Source of the DNA: Isochrysis galbana
Lineage: Eukaryota
NCBI GenBank assembly: GCA_018136815.1
Contig: CM030936.1
Coordinates: forward strand, 1,439,431 to 1,462,568
Direction of reading: 5' to 3'
DNA: 23,138 nucleotides
Shown here: positions 11,701 through 20,911 of the stretch, piece by piece
Layout: each line of letters begins with the position of its first letter
How positions within the stretch are numbered: position 1 is the first letter of the stretch
Made by a program: the position numbers and the translations under genes
The notes under the pieces: generated by a model
Database searches by the model: none
The model's input: the letters and a program-made list of their open reading frames with translations, nothing else
What the model was told of the DNA's origin: nothing

Positions 11701-11727
11701 GTTATAATTCTCTCGTTCTCGTTCTCG

Positions 11728-12065
11728 GTCAAAAGCTTCGCTTGGATGCATGGGATCGGGGGCTGTGGAGCGCCCTCTCTCTTTCTCTCTAAAGAGAAGT
11801 GAAGTTTCCCCACCTTTCTTCCTCCCAAGCGCCTCGCAGATAGGTTTAATTTGCTATCTTCCCTGCGCTTCTTTATCTGCTTCTGGGGGCAATCAGGTTT
11901 AATTTGCAATCTCATCGCATCTTCCCCTTAGGCTCATCGCACTCCTTTCGTCTTATTTGGTAGGTCTCTTGGAATCCTGCGTAGCAAGATTGCCTCTCGT
12001 TTCCGTTATGGTGCGATTCCCCTTCCAGACGGGATCGCCGACAGATCGCCTTCTGATCGTCGTCC
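11728..12065 (+). repeat. Direct repeat copy 1 (about 338 bp)
   Basis: gtcaaaagcttcgcttggatgcatgggatcg...gggatcgccgacagatcgccttctgatcgtcgtcc, nearly the same as 12238-12579. Confidence 0.85.
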
Positions 12066-12237
12066 CTCGGGGCGCGCCCTCATGCCGAGCCAAGGCGACG
12101 CCGTTCTCGTCGCGTACGTGGTGCTCCTGGGCCTCTCCTTCGGGGTGCTCGCGGGGGGGCTCATAGTAGGGTGAGAGTCCCCACAGGGAGGGGAAGAAAC
12201 CCTGAGGGAAAGGAGACCAAATGAAGGCAAGCCGCCT

Positions 12238-12579
12238 GTCAAAAGCTTCGCTTGGATGCATGGGATCGTGGGTTGTGGAGCGCCCTCTCTCTTTCTCTCG
12301 AAAGAGAAGGGAAGTTTCCCTACCTTTCTTCCTCCCAGGCGCCTCGCAAATAGGTTTAATTTGCTATCTCCCCTGCGTTTCTTTATCTGCTTCAGGGGGC
12401 AATTAGGTTTAATTTGCGACCTCTTCGTATCTCTCCCTGAGGCACATCGCACTCCTTTCGTCTTATTCGGTAGGTCTCTTGGAATCCTGCGCGGCAGGAT
12501 TGATTGCCCCTCGTTTCCGTTATGGTGCGATTCCCCTTCCAGACGGGATCGCCGACAGATCGCCTTCTGATCGTCGTCC
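12238..12579 (+). repeat. Direct repeat copy 2 (about 342 bp)
   Basis: Same sequence order as 11728-12065 with scattered substitutions and small indels; 510-bp start-to-start offset. Confidence 0.85.
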
Positions 12580-12701
12580 GTCGTTGTGTGGCCGGAGTGT
12601 TTGAGTTTGATTTCAGTCGAGTTATGTGAGAAAGTCGTGGGGCGAGAGTCGGGGTGTTTTCCTGGGTGTCTCTGTCCGTCGTCCTGTCGTCAGTCGTCAT
12701 C

Positions 12702-12735
12702 CGTCGCTCTCGCTCTCGTCGCTCTCGCTCTCGTA
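12702..12735 (+). repeat. (CTCTCG)n microsatellite
   Basis: cgctctcgctctcgtcgctctcgctctcg read directly. Confidence 0.7.
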
Positions 12736-13810
12736 ACACTCAGACCCTACAATCTCGCCTCGCCTCGCCAGCCCCTGCCATCACAGCCCTCCTCACACTC
12801 GCCCTCGCCTCTCGCCGCTCGCTCGATGTCGCTCTCGCCGCCGTCCTCGCCCTCGCTCAAGCCCGCCTGCCCGCCTTCCTCTGCTGACGGGCTTCAGCCC
12901 GTCAGCACCTCCGAAGTGGTCTCCCTCGCCGCGCCTGCCGCCGGCTTCGCCCCTTCCTCATTGCCCTCAGGCCCTATGGGCCACTCCAATTCGTCAACCT
13001 GGGAGAAAGGGAGACACGCACACGAGACACGAGAACACATGACACATGAGAGAAAGAAGAGAACGGCGAATCCCGAAGATCCCGATGGGAAGGAAGGGAA
13101 AGAGGGGGAGGCGATCGAAAACAAAACACCCAAAAAGGGGGGGACTTGAGAGGGAGTGCCTCTCTAGGGACGAAACCCTAGGGCGGCTCTTTCCCTACCC
13201 GCAACAGAGTGTGAGTGACCGAGCTAGTAATATGTGAGGAGGCATGAGGTATAAGTATAAGAATGCATCCCTGCCGCCTCGCCGGGGGGGGGGGGCGCTG
13301 CGGCAATAAAAAAAGCGCATACGTATACAACGTACACTGTCTTTGTCTTTACCATCAGGCCGAAAAAGCCGACAGCTCTCTATTCGAGGGGAGCACGTTC
13401 GCAACTGCAACCACTCAATGTGCATACTACTACAATATGGGCCATGGACATGGTGCACCATCTGCCATCTGCGGGCATGGAATGCTGAATCCATGCACAT
13501 GCTCGTGTGCGGGAAATCACAGTGTCGCGTGAGTTGTTGTCACCTCGTGCGAGGGCTACCCAGACACGAGAGGTGTGAGAAAGGGTTTTCCCGAGATCAT
13601 GCATCACGCAAGCGGCCCACCCCATGGATGTAGGTGGCCGCCGTGCACGCCGCTCCACCCCCTGCATGCATTCCGCTCCAAGATTCGCCAAAAGCCACGC
13701 TCTGCGTACATGTCGCGCGGCGAGGTGCACGGCCCGTCGTGGTACACCGTAGGCTGGGGGCACACGGGCTTGCCACGCGTTGCTGATGCCATGAGTAGGA
13801 CACATGAGTC

Positions 13811-14903
13811 TTAAACGACTTCCTTGCCGCCGATGGTCATGCCCTTTTCCTTCACCCAGGACGTACCCTTATCGGACGAAATACACGGTGCACTGCGCAA
13901 GTAGGCAAAGTCGGGCTTCTGCACGGCGTCGAGGCAGAAGGCGGCCACGTCGGCGCGCGAAATCGAGCCCGCCTCACCCTTGATCACATTAATGATGCCT
14001 ACACGCGCGGGCAAGTCCGGGCTGAAGATGGCGGGAATGGTGGGCAGCGTTGGGCCCGCGTGATGCATAGTGGACGGTCAGACACATGGACGTGAGAGGC
14101 TGGCGGACCGTTGGGTGGGTTGTTGGAAAGGCCTCCGGGCCGGACAATGGTGAACTCGAGGTCCTTGCCTGGGCCGGAAAAGAAAAGCTCCTCTTGGTTG
14201 TTCTTGTCGGCGAAAATCTTCTTCATCACGGTCCACATGAGAACTTTGAAGAAGAAGGGCGCCTGCGCTCGGGATGGCGAGGGCTGATCATGCGTAAGCG
14301 ACAACGGCAAGCTGACCGGGCATGGTGCTAACCTGGTTCTCAGAGTCGCCCGCGCCAATGGACGTGACCACCGAGATGCGCTTTACGCCATTTTTTATGC
14401 ATTCGTTGATGATGTTGGTGGTGCCATCAGTAAGCATAGTCTCGCCCACATCAGAAGATTTGCCGCCAAGCGCGACAACCACACCTGCCGAAGGGCAGCA
14501 AAGAATGCGTGAGCCTAGGAAAGGTGGAGAGAGGGGAAGCGTGCGGCCAGAAGTCCTCCCATCTCGCTGTACCTGTCACATCTCCGGACTCGAAAACCTT
14601 GGCGACGTCTGCGGCGGAGGTGACAGTTCCTTCGAACACTGTCAGCGCCTCGTTCACGAGCGGCGTTCCCGCGGCCGCCCCACCCGAGCCGGGAGGCACA
14701 GTGAGGCGCGACTTGTCTCTCACGAGGGCCCGCACCACCTCTCCCTTGCCGAGGGCCTGGAATGCGACCTCGGAGCCGACGCCGCCAGTGGCGCCAAAGA
14801 CAGCCAGGCTCATCTCGACGCGAGCGCGAGGAGACATGGCGGACGGAGCCCCGGCATGAAGTAGGAGCGTCAGCGTCGAGGCACCGAGAAGCGCTGCCAG
14901 CAT
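13811..14903 (-). CDS. NAD(P)-binding atypical SDR (NmrA/NAD-dependent epimerase-like) protein, 4 exons: join complement(13811..13998,14109..14262,14333..14484,14573..14903)
   Basis: Spliced product MLAALLGASTLTLLLHAGAPSAMSPRARVEMSLAVFGATGGVGSEVAFQALGKGEVVRALVRDKSRL...VFESGDVTG-VVVALGGKSSDVGETMLTDGTTNIINECIKNGVKRISVVTSIGAGDSENQ-APFFFKVLMWTVMKKIFADKNNQEELFFSGPGKDLEFTIVRPGGLSNNPPN-GIINVIKGEAGSISRADVAAFCLDAVQKPDF... stop. All three introns are GT..AG and all phases agree (825 nt total = 275 codons including stop). Contains GATGGVG and TIVRPGGL. Confidence 0.9.
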
Positions 14904-15120
14904 TGTCGCTCTCTCTTCCTCTCTCTTCTACTCCTCGTCTCTCTCTCTCTCTCGCTCTCCTCTCGTCTCTTTCTCTCCCTCTCCTCTCGTCCTTCATCCC
15001 TCTCTGGTCTCTTCTCTCTCTCTCTCTCCACGTCTCACTCTCTGCCTCCTCGCCCTCCTCCCTCTCACTCTCTCACCTTTTCTCCCCTCGGCACGCCTTC
15101 CCCTCTCCCCCCCCTCTCTC
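14904..15120. repeat. Pyrimidine-rich (CT)n low-complexity tract upstream of the SDR gene
   Basis: ctctctcttcctctctcttc...tctctctctctctctcgctctcc...tctctctctctctctcca read directly. Confidence 0.85.
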
Positions 15121-16309
15121 TTGATCTTTTCCCTCCTCTTCTTGGTGTTCGTACACACATCTGTTTCCTTCCTCTTCTCTCTCCTTCTCCTTCGTGCAAT
15201 CTATCAAGTGTTTTCTCTCCGTATATCTGCTCTCTCGCGGGCTGTTTCTGGGAGCTTCGAAGAAGAAGCTCGGTCTTCAACTTCAAGCCCTTCTTCTCTC
15301 AGCCCCCCCTTCCTACTCCTGTTCATTTTTCTTTTGGTCCCTTCTATTCATATAGTTTTCCCACTTGCTCCCTGACCTCGCGTTTCCTTCTCTCTCTCTC
15401 CTCTCTCTCTCAAATTCTCTCTCTCTCGTCTCCTCCCTGATCCAAGCAGTTGACACAGAAAAAGACCCATCGGAGGAAGGAAAACAGAGGAGGAAGGAGA
15501 AGAAAGACACGGTTTTTTTCTCTGCTGGGCTCGGAGAGACCCCAGTGAGCCCCGCCGAGAAGAGATATATACATCACTGTTTATCTTTCTCTCCGAGCCC
15601 AAGCCGAGAGCCGAGTGAGCACAGCTTGATTGCGCTCTGCTGCTGGGCTCGGAAGGGGAAGAGAAGAGGCCGAGAAGCCTCCCGACGATGTTCTCTCCCG
15701 GTCAAAAACAATCATTCTCCACTCTTCACGTCCTATGCGGAGGGCGGTCAAACAGCTATTTTTACTTCTAAGGGTGAAAATTGACCAAGTCAAGATTGAG
15801 GATTCCAGGATTCATCACGAGATTTTTGGATATGGTGACCGGATAGGTGTAGCTAGCACATATCCGGTGCCCTTTGGGCCCCACATCCCCCACGGTAGAC
15901 GGTAGCCTCCACAGCGATGCGTGATGCGTAACAAGCGAAAACGCGCAAAGCGCAAAACGAAAGCGCAAAGCGCAAACGCAAACGCAAATTGGAAGCAAGC
16001 CAGAATCCGGAAATCACTTTCTAGGGTGGTTATTAAACAGAGGTTTTATTAGGGGTGAAAAACAACTAAGTTTATACTTAGACGCGATGGAGCGCGCCGC
16101 CGCGACTCCCCTCTCCTTCGGGCCCCCCGCCGAGGGCGACCCCCTTGCCCACATGGACCTGTCGCTGGCAAAGCGGCCGCCTCCGCCCTCAGAGGCCAAA
16201 CAGGTGCGCGCGACCCCGGTCGCGCCACACGGCCCGTGGCCTCGGCCACACCATGCACAGCAGCCATGCTGGCCCCCCCCATGGGCAAGGCCAGGGACTA
16301 GGAGAAGCA

Positions 16310-16448
16310 GTTAACTAGTTAACTCAGTTAGTGGTAGATACCTACCTCCTAAAGAGCGCAAGTAGTTAACTAACTGCCCCCAACTCGCAACTAACTACTA
16401 CTAACTCACAGTTAACTAGGGCTGAAGAAGGCTCCTACGCAGTTAACT
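16310..16448. repeat. Cluster of five GTTAACT motifs, possibly hAT subterminal repeats
   Basis: gttaact at 16310, 16318, 16365, 16411 and 16442, just 3' of the minus-strand hAT coding remnant. Confidence 0.5.
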
Positions 16449-16651
16449 ACGTCGTAGCGCTTCGGGCATCGCGCTGCGCGTGGCCCACCATATAACTGAC
16501 TAGCCATAGATAGGGTAAAGTGAAATACATACAAACAAACAACAACCATTATTTATTGTCACAGCTCATACTACTCATAACCATCCTCAAAAGCTTTCAC
16601 ATAACAAGTCACAAGTCCAGCTAGACGTCTAGAGCTATGACTCACTATTAT

Positions 16652-17191
16652 TCAATCCGTGTTGTACGCTGCCATGAGCGAGTGCTCGAGCGTCGAATCC
16701 TTCACAGCCTTACGGAGGTCACCATGCATTGCTCCAGCCGCAGAAAACACACGTTCGACGCCGGCAGATGAGGCAGGCGCAGCCAAGTACTGCTTGGCCA
16801 TCTTGCACAAGGCAGGCCACTTATGCTCTCGCGCACGCCACCATGCAAGCACGTTTAAGTCGACATCCGTATCCTCAGGCTCAGCTAGATACTCATCAAG
16901 CTCATCGACCTTGAGCACTCCCGGGAGCGTAGCAGCACATGGCGCCGGGCGAGACTTTGCGAGAAGACCTTTCAGAGTGACCTTGCGCTTCTTCTTGTAG
17001 GCCTCTGGTGATCCCTGTGACTCTTGCGACTGGGAAGGAGTCGGGTCACTCGCACTCGCCTCAGCTGCTGCACTTACCGTGGTATCGGCGGTGTTGTCGT
17101 CGTCGCAAGCGGTCTCTTCATCAAATGGCGATGGCGGCCGAGGTGATGCTGGCTTCCACATGGTCAGCCACTCAGTGCGCATCTCACGCAC
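16652..17191 (-). mobile_element. hAT transposase C-terminal dimerisation domain (179-aa ORF)
   Basis: ...DVDLNVLAWWRAREHKWPALCKMAKQYLAAPASSAGVERVFSAAGAMHGDLRKAVKDSTLEHSLMAAYNTD. The LxWW...P.L..MA..YLA.PASSA..ERVFS signature is canonical. Confidence 0.85.
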
Positions 17192-17479
17192 AGCCCACAG
17201 CTTGTCAGAGGTGGGAGGGGCTGTGTCTCCGCAACAAACGCGGGGTGCGCTGCAACCTGTCTCACGAAATCCCGGGAGCGTGGATCAACAACAAGTGCAC
17301 GATCCGCTGCCGACTTCACCCTCACAAGAAGATCCCAGGCGTCTGCCTGAACGGCAAAAGCTGCCTCTTCCTTCACTCGGAGTACGCCTTCGCCATAGCA
17401 CACAACCTAGAAGCAAGAGCGGGACGCCGAGCCGCGGGCACAGGTATAGGCAAGACTCCCCCTCGCCCCCGACTCACAT

Positions 17480-18160
17480 TCGACTCCACCCTCGGATACC
17501 CAGGTGAGGGACCGATCGCAATCGCGACATACAACCTGAACGGCACCAAAGGCGGCAGACTAGCCGCGGTGCTCTCGCAAGCACGGAAAGCAAAGGTAGA
17601 CATACTGATGCTCCAGGAACTGCATGCGTACGAAGATGGGTCACACCTCCGGGCGCATAGGACGGCCACCCTGCTGGGATGGTCGTGGTTTGCCGCTCCG
17701 GGAGAGACGGGAGATCCTGCTAGCGGCGTCGCTGTGGCGATCAGAGACGGAGCGAGCAGAGTGACCGCTAGTCCGGACACGTTGGAAATCATACTTGGTA
17801 CTTGGGGGTAGATGCGTATCAGTAGAAGCTAACATTGATGAAACAAAGTATCGCATTATATCTATATACCTTAGCGCGTCCCCCGGCCCCCGAGAAGGGC
17901 AAATAGCGAGAATAAAGAAAACACTAGCCGCGCTGGACACGACCCCGACCCTGATCGGGGGTGACTTTAACTGCGTAGGAGATAACCAAAAAGACACTAA
18001 ACGTACGGGAGAAGCACCATACCATAACGCACACGGGGAAAAATGGAAAGCGGCCGTTAAGAGCTGCCGGCTCCGAGACGTACACCATACAATGAGCCTA
18101 GGCCCAAGCGTGGGATACACAAGGATGGCAGCAACGGTCCATACAACATACAAGAATTGA
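17480..18160 (+). pseudogene. LINE-like EEP endonuclease fragment, frameshifted (same family as 5550-6293)
   Basis: IAIATYNLNGTKGGRLAAVLSQARKAKVDILMLQELHAYEDGSHLRAHRTATLLGWSWFAAPGETGDPASGVAVAIRDG...EIILGTWG, then in the next frame GRCVSVEANIDETKYRIISIYLSASP...TLIGGDFNCVGDNQKDT. The frame changes near a GGGGG run at about 17803-17807. Confidence 0.85.
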
Positions 18161-19456
18161 CCGGATATACCATAGCAAAGACACGGATCTTGAGCGCCGA
18201 CAGGGTTCCAATCCGACGAGTCCGACAACAATCCGAGACACGCACACTCGACTTTCACCCAACATTCCTCCACACTAACGTATCTTTCTCCACTTGGGCG
18301 GGGAAGACACAGAAGGAAGGAAACAAGGAAGAGAAAGCCGACAAGAGAGCGACGATGCGACGGAAGAGCCGACGGCGAACGGCGGTTACCGCGAACGAGT
18401 AGGTAGAAAGTAAGGAGGGAATCTACGTGCGTAAACCGAAAGGGGCGAGAGGGTAGGCTTCGCGCGGGGGAAAGGTCCGCATCGACGAACACCTACGACG
18501 AGAGCGAGAGCGAGCGCGGGGGAACGACAGCAAGGAGGGACCAAAGGCAGAGCAAGGCCCAAGGTGCAAAGGAGCGAAACAGGAGCGAGACAGGCCACAA
18601 AGGGGCGCAACGGCAAGGAGCGAGGGGCGAGTTACGAGTGAAGAGTTCTACAAATTACGAGTAAAACTCCGCGGCAACAAGAACGAAAGAGCACAAAGAC
18701 GCCTAAGGTCGGAAGTCGATCGCGGATGCGACAATCGCGGGCGATTGCCCTTTGCGGAAGCTCCGCGTTTCTTATAGTGATGCGCCCCTTATTCATTTCT
18801 CTGATTCCCTCTCGTGGGCGACCGTGTCATTCTCCCAAAATAGACCGCCACGCGCGGGGGAAGGGAGGGGGGTCACTCACCGACGCCATTGCCTTTCGTG
18901 GGGCGGGAGGGGGTTCGTGGGGGGGGGAGACGGTTGCCGGGGCAGATAGGGGGGGACCCTGCGGAATCCTTGGACACCCAGGGGAGGTGGAAAATAGTGG
19001 TTAAAAAGAGTGAGTGACCGCCCTACAATGGTGAGTGACCGGGCGATATCACAGGCCTGAAATTGGGTATTTTTCGAAAATTTTGTCGGAAGACGCCCGG
19101 TCTTTCTTGCTGATCTACCATACCACCTGTAGGGCGCTTATTTAAGCCTTGCTTTGCCCATTACAGATGGTGCCCTCTGCACCCCCCTAGCGAGTGACTG
19201 GGCTAAACTACTAAGCACGTCCGGACATGAGTGGACTCAGAGCTGAGAGCGGGCACACACTCAGAATCACACTTCCAACGAACGAAAACGAAGAAAGCAT
19301 GACGAGTGAACACTCATGGCTGAAGGGAACGAAACGAATGAAGATTGAAGCGAGGCAGCCAAAGAAATCCAATGGACACAGGAGGAAATGAAGAAAGCTC
19401 AGTTTTCAGCTGCGCACATGCCATTGCGGAGGAGAAGCAAAAACAAACTGCAAAAT

Positions 19457-19529
19457 GGAGACGGCGAGTTTCGATCTCGCTGCCTCCCGCATGCGAAGCG
19501 GGTGCTCTGCCGATTGAGCTACGTCCCCG
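19457..19529 (-). tRNA. tRNA-Ala (anticodon CGC)
   Basis: GGGGACG-TA-GCTC-AATCGGCA-GAGC-A-CCCGC-TTCGCAT-GCGGG-AGGCA-GCGAG-ATCGAAA-CTCGC-CGTCTCC-A. All four stems pair, the acceptor includes G3:U70 (the Ala identity element), the discriminator is A, and a TTTT terminator follows on the minus strand. Confidence 0.92.
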
Positions 19530-20140
19530 GGGTCGTGATACATGTCATGCAATTGTCTTGCTTATATATGCATGAGTTCTACCAAAGGGTCGTCGCAGTA
19601 GTATGAGAGAACAGGGTGATGCGTGTTGCACGGGAAGCCTTGAGTGAGCAGTACGATGTGAACAAACTCACTTCGTCGTTGTACCAGACGATTCGTAACA
19701 TTTAAGTACTTGTAGTAGATAAATAATAAAGCCTAATACTACCTCCGTTCCAAAACTCAGGATCCAGGGAAATGTCTCTTAGAGGGGGTGACAAAATGAG
19801 ATTCGAATGATCGAGACACGTTGCGGGTACATTGGGGCGTATGCCAGATGCGATGGAAGAGAAGCCAGCATGACGAAAACAAAAGAAATGATGAGTTTTC
19901 ATTTCATAAAGGTGCGAAAAGTTGCGCGCGGGGCGAACCGGCGCGGGTGGCTGGCTGCCGCGCTTTTGCCCTCTGGCCCTGAGGAGGCAAAGGAGTTGGT
20001 TCGAGAGAGTGCTGCATGAACACGCTTATAACATCACCTTGGCGCAGGCATTTGTTTGACACCAAGCGCTGGGTGTTGGCAAAGATTGTGGAGGTAGATG
20101 TGTGGAAATCAACGCCGCAGCTTGGATTGTAACGAGGTGA

Positions 20141-20253
20141 ACGAGATGTAACGAGATGGCCTGATGGCCCGACGACGAGATGAACGAGATGGCCTTGATG
20201 GCCCGACGAGATGAACGAGATGGCCTTGATGGCCCGACGAGATGAACGAGATT
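20141..20253. repeat. Tandem minisatellite, about 31-bp unit (gatggcccgacgagatgaacgagatggcctt), about 3 copies; repeated in the second LTR at 20952-21064
   Basis: Direct reading of tandem units inside the LTR. Confidence 0.85.
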
Positions 20254-20408
20254 TTCGGGTAACGGAACTGGACGAGGAGTTTCCCCACTAAGCTTGGTCG
20301 TAATGCGGTGAAACCGATTTTCGGAGACAAGCGGGAAACCGGGGCGGAAGGAACTGGCAAGGAAGCTGGCAGGAAGGCAGAGGAAATGTCTTGGCAAGGC
20401 GACGGAGG

Positions 20409-20560
20409 CAGGATTTTAACGGTAGACGGAGTGCAGGATTTTAACGGTAGGAAGACAGGATTTTAACAGTAGGAAGAGGCAGGATTTTTACCGTAGAAGA
20501 AGAGCGTGGAATTTTTAATGGTGGAAGAAGAGTGTGGAATTTAACTGTAGAAGAAGATCG
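20409..20560. repeat. Degenerate tandem array with aggattttaacggtaggaaga-type units, about 6 copies; repeated at 21220-21371
   Basis: aggattttaacggtagacggagtgc / aggattttaacggtaggaagac / aggattttaacagtaggaagaggc / aggatttttaccgtagaagaag / ggaatttttaatggtggaag / ggaatttaactgtag. Confidence 0.75.
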
Positions 20561-20603
20561 GAGAGGAGAAGGAGCGGGGCTCGAACTGCAGAGCGCTCCG
20601 TCC

Positions 20604-20673
20604 GGACTCGAACTCGCGACCCAGAGCAAAAGGTTGGTGGAGGCGGTGGGTTGAACCACTATGCCACGTGAGA
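20604..20673 (-). other. tRNA-like module (A box + B box) inside LTR copy 1
   Basis: On the minus strand TGGCATAGTGG (A box, 20656-20666), 40 nt, then GAGTTCGAGTCC (B box, 20604-20615). Canonical internal pol III promoter spacing, but no intact cloverleaf. Confidence 0.7.
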
Positions 20674-20911
20674 GTTTACGTAGCCATAGGGCCGAGGGGA
20701 AGGGCTGAGAACCGCCCTATATACTCTGGGTTTTTTTCTCTTCTTTTTCACTTTTCTTCTTCTTTCTTCCTCTGTTTCTTTTTACTGTTTACTGTTTTTC
20801 TTTTACTGTTATTTCTTTTTGCCTCTGAGACATCGCGAATGCGACACCCCCCGACTTAATCACGAGCGTCCTCGCGAGCCTTCTGCAAGCGGAATCCTTA
20901 TGTCTCTAAAT

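Larger units (their letters stand above)
20101..20846 (-). repeat. LTR copy 1 (746 bp)
   Basis: tgtggaaatcaacgccgcagcttgg...gcctctgagacatcgcgaatgcgaca; recurs at an 811-bp offset with no difference seen by eye. The ORF track shows identical translations at 20109/20920, 20441/21252 and 20668/21479. Confidence 0.9.

Noticed and set aside
12586-13149. 187-aa plus-strand ORF rich in Leu/Ser/Pro/Ala
   Set aside because: Composition is driven by ctcgctctcg repeats and GC-rich low complexity. No recognisable motifs.
19464-19529. Possible tRNA-derived SINE instead of a genuine tRNA gene
   Set aside because: All stems pair fully, the Ala identity pair is present and a T-run terminator directly follows, so a real tRNA gene is the better call. 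Repeat status still needs a genome search.
20141-20253. Regular short repeats that could be mistaken for a CRISPR array
   Set aside because: The units are contiguous tandem copies without unique spacers, are duplicated inside both LTRs, and no cas-like ORFs exist. The window is eukaryotic, with spliceosomal introns and a pol III terminator.
20026-20397. Repeated proline/serine/histidine ORFs (20026-20397 and 20906-21208 minus; 20441-20659 and 21252-21470 minus) as genes
   Set aside because: They lie wholly within the duplicated LTRs and are shaped by the internal minisatellite. No protein-family signature.
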